Assembly: GCA_963422735.1 (NCBI GenBank)
Contig: OY730476.1
Coordinates: forward strand, 1,344,001 to 1,408,000
Direction: 5' to 3'
Length of the DNA stretch: 64,000 nt
Origin: Candidatus Latescibacterota bacterium
GTDB lineage: Bacteria > Latescibacterota > UBA2968 > UBA8231
Both the position numbers and the translations under genes were made by a program. The notes beneath the pieces were generated by a model. The model saw only the letters and a program-made list of their open reading frames with translations, was not told the origin of the DNA and searched no databases. How positions within the stretch are numbered: the stretch's first letter is position 1; each line of letters begins with the position of its first letter. Below are positions 12,088-22,432 of this stretch, in pieces.

Positions 12088-12307
12088 TTGCCGAGTCGGT
12101 ATTTTGGGTGACTAAAAATAATACATGGATAGAGGGATGGGAACAGACCCCAATCCCCTGCGGTTAGTTATCCTTGCTTTCGACAGGCACAGGGGAGAAG
12201 CGAATCGCCGTCGTCCGATGGGCAACGACGGCGATTCAACTCAGGTTATGACCTATGCAGGGTGGGCGTTACGGGAGCTTATACAGAATCACGCCGAGGA
12301 TCGATAG

Positions 12308-12523
12308 TCAACTAGCGAACAACAGGCCGAGAAACCAATTCATGCGGCGGTCTATACTCTCGATCTTGCGTTCAACCGCGTCAAAGCGGGCGGCTGTGTT
12401 CCTCTCCAAGCTGTCGATCTTGCGTTCAACAGTGTCAAAGCGGTGGTCATGCTGCTCAATTAGCGTTTCCAAGCGGGCCAAGGTGATGTCGTATTGGTGA
12501 ACTTTGGTTTCAACTTCGTTCAT
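12308..12523 (-). CDS. Small coiled-coil protein with C-terminal hydrophobic segment (XhlA/DUF1640-like)
   Basis: AAGGAG RBS; internal repeat RFDTVERKIDS/RFDAVERKIES; WFLGLLF tail. Confidence 0.6.
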   Translation of the reverse strand: MNEVETKVHQYDITLARLETLIEQHDHRFDTVERKIDSLERNTAARFDAVERKIESIDRRMNWFLGLLFAS

Positions 12524-12615
12524 CTGACTTCTCCTTTCCCATTCGCGGGCGGGCCGATCCTGTCTGTTGACAAAAGATAGCGGCTGTGCTCCTAATTAAA
12601 AAATTCCAAGCGGCG

Positions 12616-14197
12616 ATGATAGCAATGTGCTGGATTTTCGCGCTGCTCTGTCTGTGGGGCGTAGCTGCGGCCGCCCAACCCCGGTACGTGGATGTGCCGC
12701 GGTGGCTGGCATTGAATTCGAGCACTGCAATGGGGCTAAGGGGCAGAAGCAATTGCCCGAGACTATGGGGTCGGGCGTGGCCTTTTTTGACTATGACGCC
12801 GACGGCTGGCTCGACCTGTATTGGGTCAATCTCGCGGGTCCAGCCGCGCTCTACCACAACGAAGGGAATGGCCGTTTTGCCGAGCAGACGCGAGCGGCCG
12901 GGGTGGGGAATTCCGGGTGCGGCATGGGCGCGGTAACTGCTGACTACGACAACGATGGCGACCCGGACTTGTACATCACCTGCTACGGCGCGAACATTCT
13001 CTACCGCAATCGCGGCGATAGCCGCTTTGTCGACGTCACGGCTGTGGCTGGCGTAGGCGACGAGGGCTTCGGCACGGGCGCGGCCTTCGGCGACTGGGAT
13101 CTCGACGGCGATTTAGACTTGTACGTGGCCAATTATCTGGACTTTCGCGCCGACCCGGACCGCGCCTGTTTTCGCCAGGATAGCGTCCGGGTCTATTGCG
13201 CGCCCTGGACCTATGCGCCCGAAGCGGATGCGTTCTAACGCAACGACGGCGGCCGCTTCGCCGAGGTCGGCGCGGAAGTGGGACTTGCTCCGGGTCGGGC
13301 GCGGGAGTTGGGCGCGGTTTTTGCCGATTGGGATCTCGACGGCGACTTAGACCTGTTCGCCGCGGGCGATGGCACACCCAATTTGCTCTACCAGAACGAG
13401 GGCGGCCATTTTGCGGAAATGGGTTTGATCGCCGGGGTTTCCCACAATAGGCAGGGCCAATCCGAAGCCGGCATGGGCGTGGCCGCGGGCGATTACGACA
13501 ACGACGGGGCCGTTGATTTTTTCGCGACTAATTTTTACTTGGAGACCAATACCCTGTACCACAACGAGGGCGAGGGGGTTTTTCGCGACCGGACGACGGA
13601 CGCCAAATTAGGCAAGCCCTCGCTGGCGTACCTGTCTTGGGGCACGGCTTTCTTCGACTGGGATCTCGACGGCGATGAGGATCTTTTCGTGGCCAATGGC
13701 CCCATCGACGACAACGTAGAGTTTTTCGCCGAGACCACGTACGCGCAGCCCAATCAATTGTTCAGAAACGACGGCGCTGTTGGGTTTGTCGATGTCAGCG
13801 CTGCGGCCGGGCTTGGTGCTGTGCAGTCAAGCCGGGGGGTGGCCTTGGGCGATTGCGACAACGACGGCGACCTCGATATTGCGGTGGCCCACATCAATGC
13901 GCCCCCCTCGCTTCTGCGCAACGACATGGGCGGCAAGCACAACTACTTAGCCGTCCGCACGGTAGGCGTGGAGAGCGCGTCGGCACTCGCATCCGCGTAT
14001 GCACCGGGCCTCGGGTACAAGTGAGGGAGGTGCGACGCGGCGGCAGCTATCTGTCGAGCCACGACCCACGCGTCTTTTTTGGTCTCGGCGCCAGCGCACA
14101 GGCCGACGAAGTGGAGATTCGCTGGCCCAGCGGCAAGGTGCAGCAGTTCGACGGAGTGCCGGCCGGACAAGTGTTGACCGCGGAGGAGCCGCGATGA
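12616..14197 (+). pseudogene. CRTAC1 / FG-GAP repeat + ASPIC/UnbV protein, frameshifted
   Basis: Repeated D[YW]DxDGDxDL motifs, ETMGSG, GGSYLS...FFGLG...RWPSG; split across four frames (shifts near 12697, 13236, 13975). Confidence 0.85.
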
Positions 14198-15368
14198 TTA
14201 GGGCTGCGGGCCTAGTGCTGTTGCTCATCGGCTGCCAAGAGCAGGAGCCGCCCTTAGCTACAGGACGCGCGTATTTCGAGCAGGGGCTTGAACACGCCCA
14301 AGGCGGGCGTTTCCACGCAGCCATTGTCGCGTACAAGCAAGCGGCCGTGCAGATGCCCGGCGCGCCCCAAGTCCATTACAATCTGGCCAATGCCTATTTT
14401 TTGACCGATGCCCTCGACCAAGCCGAAGCCGCGTACCAAAAAGCCATAGCACTCAAGCCCGACTACGCGGATGCGTACTACCAGCTCGGTGCCGTGTACA
14501 TTCGGCAAAAAAAGTACGAGGCGGCCTACGCGCCGCTCCGCCAAGCATTGGAAAGCGACCCGAGGCACATTTCCGCCTACAATGCCTTGGGTCTGTTGCA
14601 CATCCGGCAGGGCGCATACCAAGAAGCCGCCGTCCTGTACGAGCGCGCCTTGCAGGCCGATTCGACGCACTATGAACTCTGGTACCATCTCGGCCAAGTC
14701 GAAGTCAAGCGCGGCGAGCGCGAAGCAGCGAAAACAGCGTTTGTCCATGCGATTTGCACGGACACAACCCAAGCGGGTGCGTACGCGGGCTTGGGTGCCT
14801 TGTATGTGGAAGAGCGGCGCTACGAGGAGGCCGAGAATCTTTTGCTGCGGGCCGTTGCACTGCGCCCGTTTTGGGCGCGCCCCCACTACGACTTAGGCCA
14901 GGTCTATATGCGCTTAGGCGAGCGGGAAAAGGGCCGCGAGGTGTTGGAGCAATTTGCGCGCCTCGAAGAAGAAGAAAAGATGATCAAGAGTTTGGAGTTT
15001 ACGCTCTTGAGCGAGTCCGAGGACGCGCGCCGCCACTACGACTTGGGCGTACTTTACGGCCAGCGTCGCCAATTCGCCAAGGCCGCTGCACGCTACCGCC
15101 GCGCCCTCGCGCTCGACTCGACTTTTGCGGCGGCCTATGGCGCGAGGAGCACTTCGACGCGGCCCAGCGGCTTTTTGACCAAGCACTCGCCGCGGATTCG
15201 ACCCACGCCAACGTGTACAATAGCCTCGGCAACCTGCACCTGATGCGTCGGGACTTTGCGGCCGCCGCCGCATTTGCCAGCGCGGTGCGCTTGGCCCCAG
15301 AGGACCAAGGATTCCGCGAAAATTTAGACATCACTCGGAGATTGGAGGTTGGGGAAAGCAAAAAATAA
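14194..15368 (+). pseudogene. Tetratricopeptide-repeat lipoprotein, frameshifted near the C-terminus
   Basis: LLLIGC lipobox; multiple TPRs; frame change near 15140. Confidence 0.75.
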
Positions 15369-15480
15369 GGGCTGTTACTCTATATATGATATGTTTTTGG
15401 ACCGGGATGCCCGCGCCTCTAGGGGAAGTCGTCAGCACCAATTTACATCTTCGTCAACCGCCTTATCCATGCGACCAAGT

Positions 15481-15999
15481 ATGTTGCCGCCGATTGAGAA
15501 TCTGTTAGCCATGCCGCCGGATGCAGTAACTGAGCTTCTGTTGGCCGAGCCGGAAGGTCAATGGTTTGACCGCAAAAGCGCGCGTATTTCAGCCCACAGC
15601 TTGGCCGAAACGCTGGTGGCCATTGGCTTTCACGCCGGCGCTTGTGAGGGGATTGACGCCCGACCACAGGCGCAGAATGAATGGCGGCAGGCCGGGATCG
15701 ACTTTGCGCTGCCGCCGGTGCGCTTCGAGCCGATCTTTTTGAAGTGTCGCATGGTGGCCGTGATGGAAGCGAGTGGACTACAGCAGGCGTCGTGGAAATG
15801 ACCCTGTCAAGCGCGATGGTCCAGCCGTGTGCATTGCGCGGCATTTGTTCGAGCAGATCGCGCTGGCCGGCCGGTTGCGGACTGGCGAATTGGTGGCCCG
15901 GTGGTGTTGAGAAATCTGTACGCATTCGCGTCCCGGAGCTTGGTGCGGCGCGTGGGCCATAGAGCGAGAGACCCACAGGCATATTGGACGGCGAATAAA
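15481..15999 (+). pseudogene. AlbA_2/Schlafen-type DNA-binding (ATP-binding protein) remnant
   Basis: EPEGQWFDRKS...LAETLVA motif followed by deleted, broken sequence. Confidence 0.6.
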
Positions 16000-16004
16000 G
16001 GGAA

Positions 16005-17288
16005 TTAGGCGGCCAGTTCTTTCATCGCTGCGACGAACAGATCTAGTTCATAGGACGTCGTGTATATGTTCGGACAAATGCGCACCGCCCCGGGATAACC
16101 CGGCGGCACAGTGAATATCTTGTATTTGTCGTACAGGGCGTTGGTAATATCCGCGGGATCTTGCCCCTTGATGCCAACGGCGGAAATGGCGCACGAGCGA
16201 TGGGCCTCGCAAGGCGTGTAGAAGACGATGTTGGGCACATCGATCAGGCGATCGACCCAATAGTTTTTGATGTAGCGCAGGCGCGCTTCTTTGCGCTCCA
16301 AGCCGATGGTTTGGTTAAAGCGAACGGCCTCGGCTAAGGCCAGTTGCAAGTAGGCCGGATAGGTGCCGATGTGGGCGAACTTGTGGATCGAGTCCGAGGC
16401 GTACCCACTGTCGCCGAATAGCGGCCACACGTTCTCGATGTTTTCCTTTTTGATGTACAGTATGCCCGTGCCCAGCGGTGCCAACATCCACTTGTGCAAA
16501 CTCGCTCCGTAGTAATCGCAGTGTAGGTCGGAGATTTTGGCGGCCAAATGGGCAAAGGCATGGGCGCCATCGACGATGACTTCCACCCCTTGCTCGTGGG
16601 CCATGTCGCAGATTTCTCGCACAGGCAGCACTTGGCCAGTTAAATAGACGATGTGGGAGACGAGGATCACTTTGGTGCGCGGCGTAATGGCCTTTTTATA
16701 GGCCGCGACGATCTCGGCATTATCCATGGAGGCGATGGGCAGGTCGAGTACCTTGTTGACTATGCCTTCGCGGGCGGCGCGCTGCTCAAACGCGACTTTC
16801 ATACTGCCGTATTCGCAGGTTCCCCACAAAGCCTCGTCTCCGGGTTGTAGCTTCAGCCCCATGATGACGATGTTGAGCGATTCGGTCGTGTTGCGCGTCA
16901 GGAGGATTTCTTCGTCCGAGCAACCGGCAAAGTGCGCTAGCAATTGGTGCATCTCGCGGGTGTCGTCCTCCAGCTTGCACCGCATGTAAAACGAAGGACT
17001 CTCGTTGATCGCACGGGCGTTTTTGCACACCTCATCGACCCCGGCTTCCGGCTGCGGACTGAAATATCCGTTCTCGAAGTTGATAAACTGGGGCGACAAA
17101 TTGAACGCCCCGCGCACGCTGTACCAAAAAGGTTCGTCCGACGCACTGGCCTCTGGAGAGGCTTGGCCGAGGCGTTCAGAGGCCGCGTGGACCTTTTGCA
17201 GGCTATCGGATACCCATATAGACGCAGTCGCCGCGCCGAGTGTGAGGTTGCCCGCCTTTCTAAAAAAGTCCCTTCTCGAATCCGCCAT
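16005..17288 (-). CDS. Class V PLP-dependent aminotransferase (isopenicillin-N epimerase-like) with Tat signal
   Basis: SRRDFF twin-arginine motif; VDGAH and SLHKW PLP site. Confidence 0.9.
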   Translation of the reverse strand: MADSRRDFFRKAGNLTLGAATASIWVSDSLQKVHAASERLGQASPEASASDEPFWYSVRGAFNLSPQFINFENGYFSPQPEAGVDEVCKNARAINESPSFYMRCKLEDDTREMHQLLAHFAGCSDEEILLTRNTTESLNIVIMGLKLQPGDEALWGTCEYGSMKVAFEQRAAREGIVNKVLDLPIASMDNAEIVAAYKKAITPRTKVILVSHIVYLTGQVLPVREICDMAHEQGVEVIVDGAHAFAHLAAKISDLHCDYYGASLHKWMLAPLGTGILYIKKENIENVWPLFGDSGYASDSIHKFAHIGTYPAYLQLALAEAVRFNQTIGLERKEARLRYIKNYWVDRLIDVPNIVFYTPCEAHRSCAISAVGIKGQDPADITNALYDKYKIFTVPPGYPGAVRICPNIYTTSYELDLFVAAMKELAA

Positions 17289-17331
17289 TTCCGTGCTCCG
17301 CACGTTGTGATTGGTGGTTGGTAGAGGCTTG

Positions 17332-17949
17332 CTAGCCGGCCAAAAGCCGCGTGGCGGCGTCGCTGGGGTTGAGGTGGGGAATGGAGCGGTTGAGGAAGGT
17401 TTCGAGGAGTTGGGTCGGCGTTAGGTCGGTGGTATCAATGGCGAATTTGCGGCGGATCCAAGAGGCCCGCACCTCTTGCTGGAAACGATCTGATATTTCT
17501 GGCACATCTTCGGCGGGGACCAACGAGTGCGGGTGTGGGGCTGCGGCCATGCGGGCGCGGATTGCTTCAGGCGCGGCGTACAGGTGGACGAGCATAGTGT
17601 CGTCGGGCATGTCTGGCTCGTATTCGCGGATGTCGATGTCGATGCCCGGGTAGTAGTATTTGGGGCCGTACACCTTTTCCTCTATGTGGAAGCCTCCCAA
17701 CAGGATGTCTCGATAGCGGTGCAGCAAGCGCACGTGATAGACGATCTGGAACCGCTGGAAGCGCTCCTTGATAGCCGGCAACATGGTTAGCATGGCTAGC
17801 TGCTCCTCGTCGCTGAGATGATAGGCATCGGGAATGGTAAAATGGTCGTCGAGATGGGGGCTAATTCCGCGACTCAGCCCCCATTGATGCACCTGATCGA
17901 TGAGGGTACTGACGCCTGAGTACTCGCAGCCGACGGCAATGACGCGCAT
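17332..17949 (-). CDS. Hypothetical protein with NMP-kinase-like fold and degenerate P-loop
   Basis: MRVIAVGCEYSGVSTL; LVHLYA..EAIRARM; IDTT. Confidence 0.6.
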   Translation of the reverse strand: MRVIAVGCEYSGVSTLIDQVHQWGLSRGISPHLDDHFTIPDAYHLSDEEQLAMLTMLPAIKERFQRFQIVYHVRLLHRYRDILLGGFHIEEKVYGPKYYYPGIDIDIREYEPDMPDDTMLVHLYAAPEAIRARMAAAPHPHSLVPAEDVPEISDRFQQEVRASWIRRKFAIDTTDLTPTQLLETFLNRSIPHLNPSDAATRLLAG

Positions 17950-17993
17950 GAGCTATATCCTTTGGAATGTCGCGAACCGAGCAGAAACTCTGT

Positions 17994-18542
17994 TTAGAGA
18001 AATATATCGCACACCGGCAGGGTCCAGTTCGTCACCACGTCGCCGCCGTCGAGTACGTCGTCGGTAGTCAGGATGCGGATGTCGCCCCGCGAGTGGTACA
18101 GCGCAACCGTTTGGGTGCTTGGATTGACGACCACGACCAAGCGGGTACCAGCGTCGAGCCAATCGGCGATCTTGTCCTCGACTTCGGCGTAGGTATCGCC
18201 CGGTGAGATGACCTCGGCCGCCAAATCGGGGGCACCGGGCCAGAAGCCTGTGGTCAGGCCCACCGCCTCGACCCGCTCGCGCCGGATGAAGGCCGCGTCC
18301 GGCGCTCGCACCACATCAGGGTCTGTGGCCAGTTTGAAGCCGGTTTCGGCCGCATAGACGGCACCTAGGTCATGCGTCTTTACGTGCTGGAAAAGCGGCC
18401 CGGCCAAATTGAGCGCAATCCTGCCGTGTTGGTGGCCGGCTGGACTCATCTTTATCAATTCTCCTCGGACCAGTTCGCAGCGGAAGCCATCGTCCTTCAT
18501 CTGCAATAACTCATCGGCGGTGATCAAAGCGGTAGTCGTCAT
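17994..18542 (-). CDS. Uma2 family endonuclease (DUF820)
   Basis: ELVRGEL, RAPDAAFI, APDLAAEVISP. Confidence 0.92.
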   Translation of the reverse strand: MTTTALITADELLQMKDDGFRCELVRGELIKMSPAGHQHGRIALNLAGPLFQHVKTHDLGAVYAAETGFKLATDPDVVRAPDAAFIRRERVEAVGLTTGFWPGAPDLAAEVISPGDTYAEVEDKIADWLDAGTRLVVVVNPSTQTVALYHSRGDIRILTTDDVLDGGDVVTNWTLPVCDIFL

Positions 18543-18721
18543 GGGAGCCTCCACAAGGGCAGGAGGGAAAGGAACTTTCTTCTCCGAACCTAGCAAAAGC
18601 GTCTTACGTGTCAAGCACTCGTTGCTCGGTCCTGCCAATTTTATTTGGTGCCTCGTAAACACTGCGTATATTGGCAATCATGTTTGACTTTGGTACTCAA
18701 CCCCTTAGAAAGGAAATCATA

Positions 18722-19684
18722 GTGGCAGGTTTGAGAGTAGCGGTTATTGGCTGCGGCGGCCACGCCCAGTCGCACTTCCGCATGATTGCCGACGAGCCGC
18801 GGCTGCGCTTGGTGGGCATGGCCGAGTTGGACGAGGAGCGGCTGCACAAAAACGAAGACGAATGGGGGCCGGAACACGCCTTTGCCGACTATCGGAAAAT
18901 GCTCGATGTCTGTCAGCCAGATGTAGTGCATGTGGTCACCATGCCCGGCCACTTGCTTCCCATCGTGCTCGATTGCTTGGAGCGCGGGCTGCACACCTCG
19001 GTGGAGAAAGCACCGGGCATGACCGCGGCCGAGACCGCGCAAATGGCCCAAGCGGCTCAGCAGAGCCAAGGCAAGGCCATAGTATCCTTTAATCGGCGTT
19101 ACTTTCCCCAAGTGCTAGCCGTGCGGCAGCGCATCCAGGCGGCCGGTGGCACAGTGCATTGCGCTGCCACGTACAATAAGCCGGTGACCTTATTGGGACC
19201 GGTGGCACCCGATCCGGTGATATGCGATGCCATTCACCACGTCGATCTACTGCGCTGGCTGGCTGGCCGCAGCGCCGAGGATGCGGCCATTCCGGTAGAG
19301 GTGCAAGGAATGGTACAAGACGGCGAGCGGCCCGGGTGCCACCGCCACAACGCCGTGGTGCGTTTCGATACGGGAGCCTTCGGCGCTATGATGAGCCACT
19401 ACGGAGTAGGCTATCGCATTCAGCGGGCCGAAGTACACGGCGAGGATTTATCAATCTATCTGGATATGACCCGAGGGCTGCGGGTGGAGAGCTACGACAA
19501 GAGACAGCCCTTTACTATAGAGGACGAGGAGATCGAAGCAATGGGCGGGGCCGGCTTCAACGAGGTCGTCCACTTTGTCGATTGCATTCTAGAGGACCGC
19601 ACACCGTGGTCGAACTTGGACGACGCCGTGCATACCATGCGCTTGTGCGAGGCTATTCGCGGGGGGCATCGGGGGGTATTGTAG
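18722..19684 (+). CDS. Gfo/Idh/MocA family oxidoreductase
   Basis: VAVIGCGG, VEKAP, SFNRRY, DAIHHVD. Confidence 0.9.
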   Translation: MAGLRVAVIGCGGHAQSHFRMIADEPRLRLVGMAELDEERLHKNEDEWGPEHAFADYRKMLDVCQPDVVHVVTMPGHLLPIVLDCLERGLHTSVEKAPGMTAAETAQMAQAAQQSQGKAIVSFNRRYFPQVLAVRQRIQAAGGTVHCAATYNKPVTLLGPVAPDPVICDAIHHVDLLRWLAGRSAEDAAIPVEVQGMVQDGERPGCHRHNAVVRFDTGAFGAMMSHYGVGYRIQRAEVHGEDLSIYLDMTRGLRVESYDKRQPFTIEDEEIEAMGGAGFNEVVHFVDCILEDRTPWSNLDDAVHTMRLCEAIRGGHRGVL

Positions 19685-19858
19685 GGGCCATCAGTTCATG
19701 GCGTCACTTCGCACAGTCCCTTTCATCCCATTCAGCCGCAGTCAGGTGGGCATGGTTGTGGAAGAATGGGGTCGCCTTCCTAAAAGAGAAACGAATTGCA
19801 TCTACTGGCCCCCGACAACACCCAAACCCTCGGCGGCTAAAAAACACAGGATTGAACC

Positions 19859-21118
19859 ATGGCCAAAAAACGCGGCAAACAACGTCCCATCCGCGTCGGC
19901 GTAGTCGGCGTCGGTCGCGGCCGCTCCTTCATGCAGGCAGCCGCGGCAACCGGCATGGAACTGGCCGCCATTTGCGACATTTGGGAAGAGCCCCTCATTG
20001 CAGAAGGCAAGGCACTCAGCGTACCGACATTCGTCGATTACGACGAATTCCTCGGCTGCGACATAGATGCAGTCGTGCTGGCCAACTACTTCCACCAGCA
20101 CGCGCCGTTTGCCATCAAAGCACTCAGTGCCGGCAAACACGTAATGAGCGAAACCGCGGCCTGCCACACCTTGGGCGAAGGCGTAGCGCTGGCGCGTACG
20201 GTTGAGAAGAGCGGTAAGATCTACATGTTCGCCGAGAACTACCCCTACATGGTCTTCAACCAAGAGATGAAGCGGCTCTACCAAAAGGGCCGCGTCGGCG
20301 AGTTCAAATACGGCGAGGGCGAGTACGTCCACCCCGACCCGCCCGAAGTGAAACTGGCGCGCAGTTGTGGACGCGACCACTGGCGCAACTGGATTCCTGC
20401 CACGTACTACTGCACCCATTCCATCGCCCCGGTCATGTACATCACCGACACTCGGCCAGTAAAGGTAAACGGATTTGTCGTCCCCTTTGATTTTGCCGAC
20501 CCCACGCAAACGCTGCACGTGAACCGAGGAGACACCGCCGCGGTGATCATCTGCCGGATGGACAACGACGCGGTGATGAAGTCGCTGCACGGCGCATTGC
20601 GCGGCCACGGCAACTACGTCCGCATCCACGGCAACAAGGGGGTGATGGAAAACTGCCGCCACGGCGACAAACAGCGGCTGCGCGTGTGGTACGAGCCGTG
20701 GGAAAAACGCAAGAGCAATCCAATCGAAACCGTGTACAAGCCCGACTTCCCCATACACCATGCCCAAGCCACTCGCACCGGACACGGCGGCGGGGACTTT
20801 TTCACTAGCTACCACTTTGCTGAGGCGATCCGCACCGGCGAGCCTCCCTATCTCGACGTGTACCGCGGCCTCGACATGAGCATCGCCGGGGTTCAGGCCT
20901 GGCGGTCGGTGCTGAACGACTCGGCACCGATGGAAATCCCCGACTTCCGCCGCGAGTCAGTGCGCAAAAGATACGCCCAAGACGACTGGTCGCCCGACCC
21001 CGAGCGCAAAAAGAAAGGGCAGCCACCGAGCAGTATTTTGGGGTCAATCGAACCAGACGCCGAGGCAAAAAAGCTGGCGCGGAAAGTTTGGGCAGCACAG
21101 GGCTATCTGGGCGATTGA
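19859..21118 (+). CDS. Gfo/Idh/MocA family oxidoreductase
   Basis: VGVVGVGRG, GKHVMSE, AENYPY, YCTHS, GHGGGD. Confidence 0.9.
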   Translation: MAKKRGKQRPIRVGVVGVGRGRSFMQAAAATGMELAAICDIWEEPLIAEGKALSVPTFVDYDEFLGCDIDAVVLANYFHQHAPFAIKALSAGKHVMSETAACHTLGEGVALARTVEKSGKIYMFAENYPYMVFNQEMKRLYQKGRVGEFKYGEGEYVHPDPPEVKLARSCGRDHWRNWIPATYYCTHSIAPVMYITDTRPVKVNGFVVPFDFADPTQTLHVNRGDTAAVIICRMDNDAVMKSLHGALRGHGNYVRIHGNKGVMENCRHGDKQRLRVWYEPWEKRKSNPIETVYKPDFPIHHAQATRTGHGGGDFFTSYHFAEAIRTGEPPYLDVYRGLDMSIAGVQAWRSVLNDSAPMEIPDFRRESVRKRYAQDDWSPDPERKKKGQPPSSILGSIEPDAEAKKLARKVWAAQGYLGD

Positions 21119-21131
21119 GGCGCTGGGCTGC

Positions 21132-22223
21132 TCAAAAATCCATCGCCGGCGGTCCCGCATAGCCGATGCTTTGCCATCCGGCGACATCGCCGCCTTTGAA
21201 GCGATAGGGGTGCGGATACAGCTTGAGCGTGCGGTCTGCAAAAGGCAGAGACACCCGCTCGTGCTCCCGATGGGCCGAGCGCACCAAGGCAATGGCCACT
21301 TCGAGCGAGTGGCGGTAATCGTCGCCGCTGCTATACGGCTCGGTGCCAGCTTGATGGGCGCGTATCAGGCGCTCGACCGTATAGGCAAAAGCATCCGCCG
21401 CCTGCCGCTCCAAAAAATCGGGATACACCACAGAAGCGGCCGCGCCAGTCCCTTCGATCAACGCGGGCCGCGGGCGTGCTAAAAAGACCTGCCCGCGCTC
21501 GCCAGCGACTGAAACAAAGGTCGGCACGCGGCCATCCGGCTCAGGTGCGACGATCTCGCAGACGATGCCGCCGCTCAGGCCCAAGCGACCGTACGCGGGC
21601 ACATCTCCCTCCTCTGTAGGAGTGCCTTCCGCCACGTACCCCGGCTCCGCCGGCAAGGTATAGCCTTCCACCCACTCCACATCCATCCCGGTGAGGATGC
21701 GCAGAGCGGCGATTTGTACGCAACCTCCGCCCGACACCTCGGTCGGCAGCCCGCCCGGGATCGCTGCTGCCGTCAGCCGACCAATATGCCCCTGCCTCAC
21801 CCACTCGACCACCTCGGGCATATGCGGCGTCGCCCATCCGGCTTGAGCGCAGCCGAACAAGGTGTCGTGCTCCCGGCAGATGCGGATCATTTCGTCGGCC
21901 TCGCGTAGCTGGTGAGAAATCGGCTTTTCGCAGGAAACGACCCGCACGCCAGCGCGGGCGCAGGTAGTGACGCAGGGATAGTTTTGGCTCACTGGGACGA
22001 CTGCGGAGACAATGTCGGGCACTTCGGCCGCCAAGAGGCCATCGAGATCGTCGTACACCTTCTCCACGCCGTAGCGCCGGGCAATGGCGTCCCGCCGCTT
22101 TCTGGCGCGATCGACGAGGCCGACAATCGCGCAGTTGGGATGGGCCGCGTAGGCGCGCGTGTAGTAGCGACCCCACGTGCCGGCCGCGCCGACGACGGCC
22201 ACCCGGTATTGCTTATTGGTCAT
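21132..22223 (-). CDS. Gfo/Idh/MocA family oxidoreductase
   Basis: VAVVGAAGTWG, CEKP. Confidence 0.88.
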   Translation of the reverse strand: MTNKQYRVAVVGAAGTWGRYYTRAYAAHPNCAIVGLVDRARKRRDAIARRYGVEKVYDDLDGLLAAEVPDIVSAVVPVSQNYPCVTTCARAGVRVVSCEKPISHQLREADEMIRICREHDTLFGCAQAGWATPHMPEVVEWVRQGHIGRLTAAAIPGGLPTEVSGGGCVQIAALRILTGMDVEWVEGYTLPAEPGYVAEGTPTEEGDVPAYGRLGLSGGIVCEIVAPEPDGRVPTFVSVAGERGQVFLARPRPALIEGTGAAASVVYPDFLERQAADAFAYTVERLIRAHQAGTEPYSSGDDYRHSLEVAIALVRSAHREHERVSLPFADRTLKLYPHPYRFKGGDVAGWQSIGYAGPPAMDF

Positions 22224-22243
22224 GGTATCTGTCAGCCTCCTGA

Positions 22244-22272
22244 TTGACGGGGATAGAGGTCGCGGTTATATT
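22244..22272 (+). promoter_or_regulatory. sigma70-type promoter of the tyrS leader
   Basis: TTGACG (22244-22249), 17 nt, TATATT (22267-22272). Confidence 0.75.
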
Positions 22273-22288
22273 TTTGCGCGGAGAATGA

Positions 22289-22354
22289 ATGATGCAAACC
22301 CTACGCACGGATCGCCGCTACCTCTATTATACCGCGTTTCATAGAGAGGGGTAG
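22289..22354 (+). CDS. Tyr-rich attenuator leader peptide MMQTLRTDRRYLYYTAFHREG
   Basis: GGAGA RBS at 22280; TAC CTC TAT TAT at 22319-22330; lies between the promoter and an intrinsic terminator ahead of tyrS. Confidence 0.8.
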   Translation: MMQTLRTDRRYLYYTAFHREG

Positions 22355-22386
22355 TGCGTCCGCTGAATCGTCTAAACCGCGTGTAC

Positions 22387-22413
22387 AAGCCCCTGTAATC
22401 AGGGGCTTTTTTT
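22387..22413 (+). terminator. Attenuator terminator upstream of tyrS
   Basis: AAGCCCCTG-TAAT-CAGGGGCTT followed by a U run, about 20 nt before the tyrS ATG. Confidence 0.85.
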
Positions 22414-22432
22414 ATGCCCATAAGGACCAGCA

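Noticed and set aside
22280-22413. T-box riboswitch upstream of tyrS
   Set aside because: No UGGNACC T-box bulge or stem I motifs, and the leader is short; a leader peptide explains it better.
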